Source: Rhodopila sp. | GTDB taxonomy: Bacteria; Pseudomonadota; Alphaproteobacteria; Acetobacterales; Acetobacteraceae | NCBI GenBank assembly: GCA_050010355.1 | Contig: JBEKLE010000007.1 | Coordinates: 3,976-67,975 of the forward strand | Length of the DNA stretch: 64,000 nucleotides | Direction of reading: 5' to 3' | In this document: positions 9,191 to 19,124 of the stretch, in pieces | Layout: the number at the start of each line of letters is the position of its first letter | Numbering within the stretch: the stretch's first letter is position 1 | The notes under the pieces: generated by a model | Database searches by the model: none | What the model saw: only the letters and a program-made list of their open reading frames with translations | What the model was told of the DNA's origin: nothing | Position numbers and translations under genes: made by a program

Positions 9191-10681
9191 CTAGTGGCTC
9201 GCGCCACCGCTGGCGTTCTGTAGACTCTCCATCACTGCGTCCAGATTGAACGAAGCCGCCTTCTGGCGCGGCGGGAACGCCACGAACCCGGGAATCTGCT
9301 CCGCGACAACCGCCTGCATCGCGTAGATCAGGTAGACGTGGGTGATTACCCAATCCCAGTAGGTATTCGAATTGTCGTCGGCTCGCTCGAACGGATCGCG
9401 ACGCAAATTGAAGATCTTCGGGACGCGTAGTTTCACGAACGGCTCCGCCCAGCATTGCATCCGCGTTGCCCGCTGCTCCGCCAACACCATCTTCCAGTCC
9501 CTCATCCGGATCGCCAGCACTTCCCCATCATCGCTGATATAGATGAAACTCTCGCGCGGGCTCTCCTTCACTTCGCCGGTCAGATACGGCAGCAGATTGA
9601 AGCCATCGACATGGACCTTGTAGGTCTTGTCGCCAATCTTATGGCCTTTGAGCAGTTTGTCCTTGATCTCGGGCTCTCCCGCGGCGGCGAGGAACGTCGC
9701 CATCCAGTCCTGGTGGGTGACGATGCCGTTGAGCACCGTGCCGGCCTTGAACTTCCCGGGCCAGCGCACGAACGCCGGCACGCGCCAGCCGCCTTCCCAG
9801 TTGGTGTTCTTCTCGGCCCGGAACGGGGTGATCCCGGCGTCCGGCCAACTGTTGTAGTGCGGGCCGTTATCCGTGGAGTACATGACGATCGTGTCGTCGG
9901 CGATGCCCAGTTCGTCAAGCTTGTTCAGCATCTCGCCGATATGCTCGTCATGCGCGACCATCACGTCGTTGTAGTCGCCCTGGCCGCTCTTTCCTTTGTG
10001 CTTCTCGGCCGGATGGGTCCGGAAATGCATGGCCGTGGTGTTGTACCAGAGGAAGAACGGCTTATCCGCCTTGTGCTGCTTATCGATGAAACTCAGCGCC
10101 TGCTCGGTCACCTCATCGTCAATGGTTTCCATGCGCTTCTTGGTGAGCGGGCCGGTGTCCTCGATCTTCTGGCCACCCTTGCCGTCCGCCCAGCAATGCA
10201 GCACGCCGCGGGGACCGAAGCGCTTCTTGAATTCCGGCATCTTGGGATAGTCAGGGTCTTCCGGTTCCTCTTCGGCGTTCAGGTGATAGAGATTGCCGAA
10301 GAACTCGTCGAACCCGTGCATGGTCGGCAGGAATTCGTCCTTGTCGCCGAGATGGTTCTTGCCGAACTGGCCAGTTGCGTACCCCAACGGCTTCAGCAGT
10401 TCCGCGATCGTCGGGTCCTCTGCCGACAAGCCGAGATCCGCACCCGGCACGCCGACCTTCGTCAGACCGGTGCGGATCGGGTTCTGGCCGGTGATGAAAG
10501 CAGCGCGGCCAGCCGTGCAGCTTTGTTGAGCGTAGTAGTCCGTGAAGGCCACGCCCTCATTGGCAACGCGGTCGATGTTGGGTGTACGGTAACCCATTTG
10601 CCCGCGGCTGTTGTAGCTGATGTTCCACCAGCCGATGTCATCCCCCCACAGGATCAGAATATTGGGTTGCTTCGTTGCCAT
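9191..10681 (-). CDS. Arylsulfatase (Cys-type formylglycine sulfatase), no signal peptide
   Basis: PNILILWGDDIG, SCTAGRAAFITG (CxxxR), GKNHLG, TDNG, EGGWRVP. Confidence 0.95.
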   Translation of the reverse strand: MATKQPNILILWGDDIGWWNISYNSRGQMGYRTPNIDRVANEGVAFTDYYAQQSCTAGRAAFITGQNPIRTGLTKVGVPGADLGLSAEDPTIAELLKPLGYATGQFGKNHLGDKDEFLPTMHGFDEFFGNLYHLNAEEEPEDPDYPKMPEFKKRFGPRGVLHCWADGKGGQKIEDTGPLTKKRMETIDDEVTEQALSFIDKQHKADKPFFLWYNTTAMHFRTHPAEKHKGKSGQGDYNDVMVAHDEHIGEMLNKLDELGIADDTIVMYSTDNGPHYNSWPDAGITPFRAEKNTNWEGGWRVPAFVRWPGKFKAGTVLNGIVTHQDWMATFLAAAGEPEIKDKLLKGHKIGDKTYKVHVDGFNLLPYLTGEVKESPRESFIYISDDGEVLAIRMRDWKMVLAEQRATRMQCWAEPFVKLRVPKIFNLRRDPFERADDNSNTYWDWVITHVYLIYAMQAVVAEQIPGFVAFPPRQKAASFNLDAVMESLQNASGGASH

Positions 10682-10749
10682 GAATTTTTCCTCTCGTTTT
10701 CAACTATTCGCCAGGACGGTGGCCCTTGACGAAATGAGGCGGCATCTCG

Positions 10750-12225
10750 TCACGCAATTCTTCCGGGCGCACCTGGAAACGATGCCTGGACGGGACGTTC
10801 GGCCCGTAGGCTTTGTTCTTGCTGTGGTGCCGCCGATACTGGGTTCACCCGGCTGAAGGGTGACGGCGACGCTCTATCTCCGTGGCAGAATCGGAACTTT
10901 CGGCCACTTCCGCACGGACAAGGCTTGTACGGGCCGCGCCTCGCATCCTCGGTGGCGACCAAGGCCATCACATCGGAGGGCGGGCGACCCAGCCTAAGCA
11001 GCTGACCCATCGTCTGCATGGCCGGCCTTGTGTGTGTGAAAAATAGTTCCAGGCCGGAACAAAGGTAGTTTTGGCCGGGCTCACCGTCGCGCGACAACGC
11101 GAACCGGTCCTTTGGACAGCCGCCATTGCAGAGTGGCCTGACTTTGCAGTTTTGGCACTGGGTGGTCAGCGTATCGCGCTTGTCCTGGCCAAATTTGCGC
11201 TGCTCGGGCGAGGCCACCAGGGTCTGCATATGCGTTTGGTGGATATTGCCCAGGAGAAAGCGTGGCTCGACGAAATGATCGCAAGAGTAAAGATCGCCGT
11301 TGGCCTCCAGCGCGGGACCGTAGCCGCAGGTGGGCGCGTGAATGCACAGAAGATGCCGGTCGAACAACGCCTCCAGCGTTACATCGAAGAGCTGAACGTA
11401 CACCCGGCCCACGTCGTGGCGGACCCACTCCTCGAAGATGTCCACGAGGAAGCGGCCGTATTGCTCACTACCGACCGAACGTTCGGTGACGAGGTTGCCG
11501 GCTTGCATATAGAGTAGACGCTTTTGGCCGGGCCGCTCGCTCCAGCCCTGGTTGGCGATTTCCAGGGTCTCCTGGGTCGCACGCTCGACGATCGGGATGA
11601 ACTGCACCCATTTTGCACCAAGTTCGTCGCGGAAAAAGCGGTAGACGGTGCTGCCGTGTTGCTCATTAGCGGCGTTCACCGTGCATAGGATATTGAATTC
11701 TACGCCATACTGGCGCAGGTGCCGCCAACCTCGCATGACGAGGTCGAACGTCCCCTGTCCGCGGCGATCGACCCGATAGGCGTCGTGGAGTTCCCGCGGC
11801 CCATCAACGCTCAAACCGACCAGGAAATTGTGTTCCTTGAAGAAGACGCACCAGTCATCATCGATAAGGATACCGTTGGTCTGAAAGGTATGTTGTACGT
11901 TCTGACCAGGCCGGCGGTATTGTTCAACGAGTTCGACAGCGCGCCTGAAGAATTCAAGCTTCATGAGCGTCGGCTCGCCGCCCTGCCACGCCACGGTTAC
12001 CTGCGGCGTACGGTGCGACTCGAGCAATTGACTGATATACGCCTCAAGCGTCGCATCCGACATTCGGTGCTTGTCGTTGGGATACAGCGCCTCTTTGGAC
12101 AGAAAAAAACAATAGGTGCAATCGATGTTGCAAGTGGATCCGCTCGGTTTCGCCAGTAGATGGAAGCCCGGCGGAGAGCCGATCGGCGGTTCGCGTGGCC
12201 GAACCGCGTCGATGTGGCCGCTCAT
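10750..12225 (-). CDS. Anaerobic sulfatase maturase (radical SAM/SPASM) with C-terminal SEC-C motif
   Basis: CNIDCTYC, WQGGEPTL, SPASM cysteines (YSCDHF, CQNCKVRPLCNGGCPKDR), tail PCPCGSGRKFRFCHG. Confidence 0.95.
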   Translation of the reverse strand: MSGHIDAVRPREPPIGSPPGFHLLAKPSGSTCNIDCTYCFFLSKEALYPNDKHRMSDATLEAYISQLLESHRTPQVTVAWQGGEPTLMKLEFFRRAVELVEQYRRPGQNVQHTFQTNGILIDDDWCVFFKEHNFLVGLSVDGPRELHDAYRVDRRGQGTFDLVMRGWRHLRQYGVEFNILCTVNAANEQHGSTVYRFFRDELGAKWVQFIPIVERATQETLEIANQGWSERPGQKRLLYMQAGNLVTERSVGSEQYGRFLVDIFEEWVRHDVGRVYVQLFDVTLEALFDRHLLCIHAPTCGYGPALEANGDLYSCDHFVEPRFLLGNIHQTHMQTLVASPEQRKFGQDKRDTLTTQCQNCKVRPLCNGGCPKDRFALSRDGEPGQNYLCSGLELFFTHTRPAMQTMGQLLRLGRPPSDVMALVATEDARRGPYKPCPCGSGRKFRFCHGDRASPSPFSRVNPVSAAPQQEQSLRAERPVQASFPGAPGRIA

Positions 12226-12593
12226 GTGTCAGGCGCTCCCCCTGCTCGGCAGTACCGGGTCGTGACGACCACGTCGTTTCCTTCCACGCTGCCAGGATCG
12301 GTAATGCAAACGGCCAACGTTGCCGTCAGTAGTGCTGAAACGACGATACCCGGACGACCCCAACCTCACATTGATGTCGATCAAAGCTGCGATTGCCAGG
12401 CCGCGACGCGCTCCACACCATCCCGGCCTGTTTCGCCGTTACTCAGGGCACGGACGCAGCGCATGTCAGGCTATTCAGTTTCGGCTGAAATGCTCACAAG
12501 TCGTACGATCAGCTCACGTTGCGTTGCCAGTAGTTGTCCTGGGGCTTAGCCAAGGCACTGGATGTGCCGAGGGTTCGGCCCCGTATGGCAGTT

Positions 12594-13016
12594 TTAGCCG
12601 CCGCCTCCGCCCAGTCCGCCCACGACGCGCGGAATGGCAAGGTTAACCCCATCGCAGGCCGTCCCGGAACCCGTAATGACGACATTAATAACGCTACCGG
12701 CAGCTTTCCCCTTGACGACAGCTTTCTTGCCCGTCCCACCAACCTCCGTGGCGTCCATCTCAAAGTCTCTATCTTTATTGAGTGACCCGGAGAGATGGGC
12801 TATATGTTGCCCTTGATCCCACGCGACAAAGCCGGTCAAGCTGTTATCCGATCCGAGGGTAATGTGCCAATCCAGCCCGGGGCAGCCACCAACAACGGCC
12901 CCCGTATGAAACGCGTATAGCCCGGCCGACCCTGACTGTGCCAAAGCTGGATGGAGTAACGCGGCCGCCGATAAGGCGACTGAGGCGACCGTCATCCTGA
13001 ACATTCTGGGTCTCAT
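12594..13016 (-). CDS. Secreted hypothetical protein
   Basis: Signal peptide ending ALA, two Cys, beta-rich, Gly tail. Confidence 0.65.
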   Translation of the reverse strand: MRPRMFRMTVASVALSAAALLHPALAQSGSAGLYAFHTGAVVGGCPGLDWHITLGSDNSLTGFVAWDQGQHIAHLSGSLNKDRDFEMDATEVGGTGKKAVVKGKAAGSVINVVITGSGTACDGVNLAIPRVVGGLGGGGG

Positions 13017-13638
13017 CGTATTTCCTTCCGTTTGAACAGAGCGTTGCTGCTCCGATTTGTATCGCTGTGACGTCTAGCCAACAAAACCCGGACAGGCCTA
13101 TGCAGAAATGGCAGGCCGAACTTTGTAGCTAATCGAAATCGGCTGCGAGAATAGCCGGTGCAGCATCCATCCTGTTGCTCCATCCTGTGATTGGCTTTGA
13201 TCGCAGCGCTACAAAAGTAGTGGCCATGCATGAGCCCGGCCCTGCGAATATTTTGTTGGTCACGCCCGGCGCACCGACGGAATATGCTGCACCCAAGATG
13301 GGCCCACTGATAGCCAAGGCCGATGTCAACGTAGCCCCCCTTGGATGCACCGGGCGACGAGCCCGCGGCTGCGTCAAGCGCTCCGCCTGTAGCGGAGTGA
13401 CCCTCGAAGCCACGACACCGCAAAGCCTGAAGACGCGTGACCGCAGCGCAGGTCATCGGGATCAGTCACAACTTCGTGCGCGTCGGGTCTGGTCCGCCTG
13501 TTGTGGGGCCAAATCTTCCCCGGCGACCAGTAAAACCATAGAGTAGAGCAGCGCGATGATCTTCCTGCTCGGTTTGCAGTAGCATCCACGGAAGAGCTGA
13601 CGATGGTTGACGATCGGGATGCCGAAGCATCCACTGGC

Positions 13639-13926
13639 TCATTGCGAGGTGCTCTTTTTCTGACCGGCCGCGTAACCTTGTTGATACGAGGCCTGCTGAT
13701 TCTTCTTCACCGAGTCGTAAATCAACCCGCCGACCAAACCTGCTCCCGCACCAGCGACGGCGCCGAGCCCGGCATTCCCGCCGATGGCGCCCAGCGCAGC
13801 CCCAGCTGCGGCACCGCCTGCCGTGCCGGTAAGTGCTCGCTGCTGAGTATCGGACATGCCTGTGCAGCCAGCAAGCAAGAGACAACCGAGTACGGCCGCT
13901 TTGATTGATTTCATTATATTCTCCAT
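13639..13926 (-). CDS. Glycine-zipper (YMGG-like) lipoprotein
   Basis: Lipobox LAGC, GxxxG repeats, basic C-terminal tail. Confidence 0.8.
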   Translation of the reverse strand: MENIMKSIKAAVLGCLLLAGCTGMSDTQQRALTGTAGGAAAGAALGAIGGNAGLGAVAGAGAGLVGGLIYDSVKKNQQASYQQGYAAGQKKSTSQ

Positions 13927-13939
13927 TCGCGCCTTCAGT

Positions 13940-14353
13940 TCAGCGCAACTTCCGGCAAGGGTAGGTATCGACTAGGTACGAAAGAATCGCATCGGCCGGC
14001 GCAAGTGTTTGGACGCTCGGCTTCTGCTTGATCCATGCGACGAACCCGGCGATTGCCCCGGTGCGCGTTGGCCGTGGGTCGGTCATACAGAACAGCTTCG
14101 ACCGCAGGCCATCCTGCTCCTCATCCAGTGTCTGATAAACGCCAACCGCGAAGCCCTGGCAGAAATTCGCCGCAGCAGTCATCAGCGGATCGCCTGGTTC
14201 GGCCGAACACAGCGCGACAATGTCACCAGCCGAACGAAGTTGGAAGTTGTCCTCACTGACTGCGGCGCCAGCCACGGTCGGTAAAGCTGTCGCCAACAGT
14301 AGCATACCGATGCCGGCACCTAACGTTCCACAGCCCATGTTTCTCTCCTCCAC
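13940..14353 (-). CDS. Rap1a/Tai-like (T6SS amidase-immunity fold) secreted protein
   Basis: Signal peptide; Cys pattern C..FCQGFAVG..FC..YPC matches the Rap1a family as I recall it. Confidence 0.65.
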   Translation of the reverse strand: MEERNMGCGTLGAGIGMLLLATALPTVAGAAVSEDNFQLRSAGDIVALCSAEPGDPLMTAAANFCQGFAVGVYQTLDEEQDGLRSKLFCMTDPRPTRTGAIAGFVAWIKQKPSVQTLAPADAILSYLVDTYPCRKLR

Positions 14354-14551
14354 TTTCGCGTTTCAGTCGTCAGTTGGGTCGACACGGCTCGTGGCGAACG
14401 ATCTCGGATCTGATCGGCGCCCGCCGTGGTTTCGCAAAGGTTGCCCGCGGTCAGGTCGAATAGTTCTGTCATTATCGATGGTTCCTGAGCCGTTCACCAA
14501 CCGAACCCGCTAGCGCCGCTCGGATGAGCCGATCCGGTCTGGCCAGATCGT

Positions 14552-15520
14552 TCAGCCGCCTCCCGGGTCATCGTCCGCCTCGCCCGCAATCGGCGCCGGT
14601 GCGCCAACCTTCTGCCATGTCGTGTCGGGGTCGAACCGGGTCATGCCCTTTGCGATCGCTGGCGTCGTCGGCCCGAGATCCTTCTCGTAGATCTCACCGT
14701 CCTGGTTGACGACGAACGTCTTCACCCCAGTGCTGCCCCAGTGTGCGGGCCATGCAACGAGGCCGAAACCGCCCAGCATCTTCCCGTTCACCACATAGTC
14801 GTAGGCGCCACCTGGGGCATGTGGACCCTGACCCTTCAGCATCCCGAAGTAATAGCCGTGAAAAGGCTGCTGCTCGGCGTTTTCTCCCGGGTGGTAGCCG
14901 GCGGCGCGGGCCTCCGCGATCAACGGGCCGAGCGGACTCGGTGATTGGTCTACCTCGGTCGGCCAGTAGAGTCCGTCGTGCTTGCCGGGGCTGCTCAGTA
15001 GACGCGCCGCGTAAACGTGCAGCTTGTTGCCGTCGTGCAGGTCTTGCATGTACTCGATCTGCGCGTCGACATAGGCAAGCATGACCTGCTGCGTATAAAG
15101 CTCATTGGCGCCGATACGACGATCGAGGATCTCCTCCCGCCCCGCTGCTACGTCGAAGGTCCAGCCCTGCGATGCGTGCTTCAGCGGGATCGCGAATGGC
15201 CAGTCATCCGCGCCGATCGAGAGCGTCGCGGCATCGCCCTTCACGTCGATCGCGTGCTTTGCGTCATAGGCCGCGACAAATTTTTGACGCTGCGCTTCGT
15301 TGGCGACCGGGTCGCCGGCGCTGACGTCGCGCAATCCAGCTTCCCCGAAAAGCAACCGCAGTTGTGCCACGTTGCCGGCACGTACGGCCGCAACTAGCGT
15401 ATCGATTGCCGCGTCCGGCGACGCGAAGCGCTCCGGGGAGTCGCCTGGCGGGGCCGCGGCAAGCACCGGCAGCGCAACCAGGATTGGGGTAAGCCAGGAC
15501 CTGAAAGATCGCGCATACAT
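14552..15520 (-). CDS. DUF2950 family protein
   Basis: FASPDAA, WPFAIPL, RRIGANEL, HDGLYWP, PFHGYYF, GGFGLVAWPA..G.TGVKTF; start overlaps the DUF3300 stop. Confidence 0.9.
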   Translation of the reverse strand: MYARSFRSWLTPILVALPVLAAAPPGDSPERFASPDAAIDTLVAAVRAGNVAQLRLLFGEAGLRDVSAGDPVANEAQRQKFVAAYDAKHAIDVKGDAATLSIGADDWPFAIPLKHASQGWTFDVAAGREEILDRRIGANELYTQQVMLAYVDAQIEYMQDLHDGNKLHVYAARLLSSPGKHDGLYWPTEVDQSPSPLGPLIAEARAAGYHPGENAEQQPFHGYYFGMLKGQGPHAPGGAYDYVVNGKMLGGFGLVAWPAHWGSTGVKTFVVNQDGEIYEKDLGPTTPAIAKGMTRFDPDTTWQKVGAPAPIAGEADDDPGGG

Positions 15521-16821
15521 CAGCGACGTCCCCCTCTGGCGGCACCGCCGCCCGCACGACCAGCACCACCGCCACCATGGGCCGCGGCTCTACCCACGCC
15601 ACCGGCCCCGGCCATTCCTTGGCGGCTGGCGCGACCCTGTGCAGATTGAGCGCGGGTAGCCGCACCGTTGCCAACGCCCCTGAACGCGGGGGCTCCCCCG
15701 CCAGCTGCATTCGCCCGTGTGGTGTTTGGCAGCGTGCCCTGTCCATTCGGCCGCGAAGCATTCGACAGCTTGCCTTGAGCGCTGCCAGCCGCGCCCACGG
15801 TCGGTCCCCTCCCTTGAAGATTAGCTGGAGGTGCCGAACGTTGCCCTGCTTGGCCCAAGGCCGGAGTCCCGGTTGTTTCACGGCCACGATACGCGCTGCG
15901 GGCAGCGGAATTGCCAGCCGAATTCGGTCGGTATTGCTGTCTTAACTGGGGGTTCGAATAGCCCACGCCTCGGCGGTGGTCGGGGTTATGCTGCCACGTG
16001 TCGGAGCTGAGAGACCGGTTGCTGATCCGGTTGGCATTAACACTGTTGACATTGATGCTGTTAAACCGGTTGACGTTGACGTTGACGCTGCCGCCCCCCC
16101 AGTTTGGTCTGCCCCATCCCCACAGCGCGCCGGTGATCGCTATTCCGGCCCCGAATGCAAGCCCGGTCATCAATGCCGATCCGACGTAGTATCCGGGCGG
16201 GGGCGGGTAGTAGACAGGCGGATAGGACGGATAAGGCCACGCACCGTAAACCACCGTCGGGTTATAGGCTGGCACATAAACCGTGGTTGGCTGAGCCGGC
16301 TGGATGACGATCGCCGAGGCTTCCTGGACAACGACCTGCTGGGCGTTAGTCTGCAACGCTCCGGCCGCCTTGGCGCGCGCGCGCAACGCCTGCACCGCGG
16401 CGAGCACAGCCGCCTCCTGAGCCAGGAACGCATCACCTAACCTTTGGGTCCATTCGAGTTGCTCGCTCATCGTCTTCAGCACACTCGGGAAGGGCACGAG
16501 CGATTTCGTACTCGGGTCCCAGTCCTGCTCATCGAGCGCCTTGATCAGCGCGTCGCCGGTCAGGTTCTTGTTCCCTGTCTGTTCGACCCAGCGACTCGCC
16601 ATCACCACCTCCAGCGGATAGGTCGAGGCAATCAGAACCTGGGTCAGCAAATCATCTGGGTAGAGTGCGATCGGCGCCAGCAGCGCTTCGAGTTCAGCTT
16701 GGCTAAGCGCCGGCGCAGCGGTCTGAGTCTGCGCAGGCGGAATCTGCTGTGCGAACGCGAGCGGCGGCGCGACAGGTATAAGCGCTAGCGGTAAGGCCAA
16801 AAGGTAAGGCCATTTGATCAA
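15520..16821 (-). CDS. DUF3300 domain protein
   Basis: LLAPIALYPDDLLTQVLIASTYPLEVV, WDPS, WTQRLGDAFLAQ, VYVPAYNP, Gly/Arg-rich tail. Confidence 0.92.
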   Translation of the reverse strand: MIKWPYLLALPLALIPVAPPLAFAQQIPPAQTQTAAPALSQAELEALLAPIALYPDDLLTQVLIASTYPLEVVMASRWVEQTGNKNLTGDALIKALDEQDWDPSTKSLVPFPSVLKTMSEQLEWTQRLGDAFLAQEAAVLAAVQALRARAKAAGALQTNAQQVVVQEASAIVIQPAQPTTVYVPAYNPTVVYGAWPYPSYPPVYYPPPPGYYVGSALMTGLAFGAGIAITGALWGWGRPNWGGGSVNVNVNRFNSINVNSVNANRISNRSLSSDTWQHNPDHRRGVGYSNPQLRQQYRPNSAGNSAARSAYRGRETTGTPALGQAGQRSAPPANLQGRGPTVGAAGSAQGKLSNASRPNGQGTLPNTTRANAAGGGAPAFRGVGNGAATRAQSAQGRASRQGMAGAGGVGRAAAHGGGGAGRAGGGAARGGRR

Positions 16822-17039
16822 GTGTCCCGTCCCCCGTGTTGCGAATCCCCGTTGCCAAACACGCTATCGCATTCGGGTGGAGGGCGTGTTGATCTGGATC
16901 AATACTGATAACTCACAACCGAGTGCTATGGTCATCGACAGTCGAACCTGTCGCTCGGCACCAAGCTGTTTGCTCGCGGCATCGACGGCGGAAGAAGATC
17001 CGAGGGTCAAGATCCAGGTGGCCGTCGACAAATACGGCA

Positions 17040-17163
17040 TCCCCCTGCACTTTCCTTCAGACGGTCCCTTGCGGTTCCACCCTTGCGCTTCACTCGTGCT
17101 TCACCTCCATCAGGTTGCACAGGGGACTTTCACCCTCCAGACTGCAGGACATGCCCAGCGCAC
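17040..17163 (-). mobile_element. Group II intron 5' end remnant (domain I only, no RT ORF)
   Basis: Minus strand starts GTGCGCTGGGCATGTCCTGCAGTCTGGAGGGTGAAAGTCCCC (GUGYG start plus GGGTGAAAGTCCC); hairpin at 17165-17186 immediately upstream; downstream boundary approximate. Confidence 0.6.
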
Positions 17164-17424
17164 GGGTGGGCCTTCGGCCCCCCACCTCCCGCACACGATA
17201 ACCTTTCGAACCGAAACCTGGCCCCCACCGGCCAGCGGTTTCCGCGCGCCGGTGTAACCCAGAAAGGGTCCTATCGAACCCGAAAAACCGCGACTCCGCG
17301 AAGACAAGCCAAACCTGTCCTTGATATGGGTCAACGACATGGATCTAGGTTACGCTATGGGCGATGAGGCGTCCGCTGAATGTCGGCACGGGCGCTCCAG
17401 ATAGTTTCGAAGAGGGGCAAAAGT

Positions 17425-17994
17425 ATGAGGCGGCGGCTGTGTGCTTTTTCGCTCGTCGCACTTATCAATGGTGCGGCGTTGGCGGCGGGTGCCGATGTGC
17501 CCGAAGGAATGGTTGAACACGTTACTAATCTGACTGCCGTCGTGGAGTCGGTCGATCTAAAGGATCGCAGCGTGCTGCTAAGAGTACCCGACGGACTTGT
17601 GACGGTCGAGGTCGGCCCGGAAGTCAGGAATCTTACTCAGATTAAAGTTGGCGACCGGGTAACGATCGGAATGCGTCAAGCGTTGGTCGCGCGTCTGACA
17701 ACGCCCAATGACGCATCGATGGCCGAGATCCAGTCAGAAAGTTTGACAGCGAAGCCTGGTGCACGGCCCGCAGGCTTTAGCCGCAAGTCCATTCGGGCCA
17801 ATGTTCACATTACCGGCATAGATAAAGCCACCAATACAGTGCAATTCGTGGGTCCGGCCGGTGTGTCGCGAGTCGCTCACATAGAGGATCCTTCGCTGCA
17901 ATCGCTACTGCAAAAATTGCAGGTCGGCGATGTTGTTGAAATGACCTATAGCATCGCACTTGCTGTGCGCGTCACACCTGTCACAAGTCAGTAG
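17425..17994 (+). CDS. Secreted hypothetical protein (paralog of 23815-24387)
   Basis: Signal peptide ending ALA; internally duplicated V.S.D....V...GP.G and L.VGD.V motifs. Confidence 0.7.
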   Translation: MRRRLCAFSLVALINGAALAAGADVPEGMVEHVTNLTAVVESVDLKDRSVLLRVPDGLVTVEVGPEVRNLTQIKVGDRVTIGMRQALVARLTTPNDASMAEIQSESLTAKPGARPAGFSRKSIRANVHITGIDKATNTVQFVGPAGVSRVAHIEDPSLQSLLQKLQVGDVVEMTYSIALAVRVTPVTSQ

Positions 17995-18241
17995 ATGGAA
18001 CCAGACCGATCTCACGCGTGTCCCACAGGGATTGTCGCGGACAGTTTGAGGACGATGAACAGCGAGTTCCATAAGCACGTGGCCAGATCGGGGGGGAACG
18101 CATGTTTGGTAATTGAACCGCACAGCTGTATTTGTAGCGCATCCGGTTGAAGCGTTCCTCAAGACCAGCAGACCCAAGCTCCGACTTCGGGGCGATCAAA
18201 CCGCAGCGCGGTGAATGAAGTGAGCACGGGAGATAACGACG

Positions 18242-18682
18242 TTGGAGAAGTTAAAGGAAATAGCGGTAATCACTACTGTCGCCATGGTCATGGCTTTGCC
18301 ATGCGAGGCGCAGAACGTGATCATCTATCCGGCCAAAGGTCAGAGCCAAGCGCAGCAGGACCAGGACAATTATGCCTGTCACAGCTGGGCCGTGCAGCAA
18401 AGCGGCTACAATCCATCTCAACCACCGCCTCAGGCCTCGGCATCTGGAGCAAGTCCCCTTCGGGGTGCTGCACGCGGTGCGACGATCGGCGCCGTCGGAG
18501 GCGCGATCGGAGGCAATGCCGGTAAGGGCGCCGGAACAGGCGCCGCGACAGGTGCTCTCGTCGGCGGGATGCGACGCCGCGATCAATATGCGCAGCAACA
18601 ATCATCTAATTCCCAGCAGCAATCGCTCTACAACAGGGCGCTGGCGACGTGCATGCAGGCGCGTGGTTATACAGTCGGATAG
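18242..18682 (+). CDS. Glycine-zipper (YMGG-like) secreted protein
   Basis: IYPAKGQSQAQQDQDNYACHSWA, GAARGA..GAVGGAIGG, C-terminal C...RGY. Confidence 0.8.
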   Translation: MEKLKEIAVITTVAMVMALPCEAQNVIIYPAKGQSQAQQDQDNYACHSWAVQQSGYNPSQPPPQASASGASPLRGAARGATIGAVGGAIGGNAGKGAGTGAATGALVGGMRRRDQYAQQQSSNSQQQSLYNRALATCMQARGYTVG

Positions 18683-18690
18683 AGGCAAAG

Positions 18691-19095
18691 ATGAAATTTA
18701 TTTCTGTCACCTCCGTTCTTCTGGCGATTGCTGGCAGCGGGCACGCAGCATCGCTGGCGGACAACGACGCAACGCTCATTTGTGCCGTCGTGGACTTGGC
18801 TTCATGCGTCCCTGGGGAGGGTTGCACGCGCGAGACTTCCGACTCAATCAATGCACCGCAACTCCTCACGGTTGATCGCAAGGGGCACGTCATCACGGCA
18901 CAGAGGCCGGATGGGGAGCTCCTTTCGTCGAACATCGACCGTGTCACACAGGAACAGGATCTGCTCGTGTTTGACGGCGTCCAGAATCAATTGAGCTGGA
19001 CAATGACGATAGCTGGAGCGAACGGTCACATGAGTCTGTCGGCTATCGGCGATGGCGAGGCATACACAGTATTTGGAAGCTGCGAGCTGAAATAG
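18691..19095 (+). CDS. Secreted hypothetical protein
   Basis: Signal peptide ending GHA, four Cys, ends FGSCELK. Confidence 0.65.
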   Translation: MKFISVTSVLLAIAGSGHAASLADNDATLICAVVDLASCVPGEGCTRETSDSINAPQLLTVDRKGHVITAQRPDGELLSSNIDRVTQEQDLLVFDGVQNQLSWTMTIAGANGHMSLSAIGDGEAYTVFGSCELK

Positions 19096-19124
19096 GGTGC
19101 AGAGCTAAATGGTATGAAGTGAGG

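Noticed and set aside
13020-13640. Overlapping short ORFs between the secreted protein and the Gly-zipper gene
   Set aside because: No credible start, RBS or motif in any frame; the most protein-like frame has an upstream in-frame stop
1197-14353. OmpA plus Rap1a-like protein as a type VI secretion cluster
   Set aside because: No tss structural genes, VgrG, Hcp or effector are present
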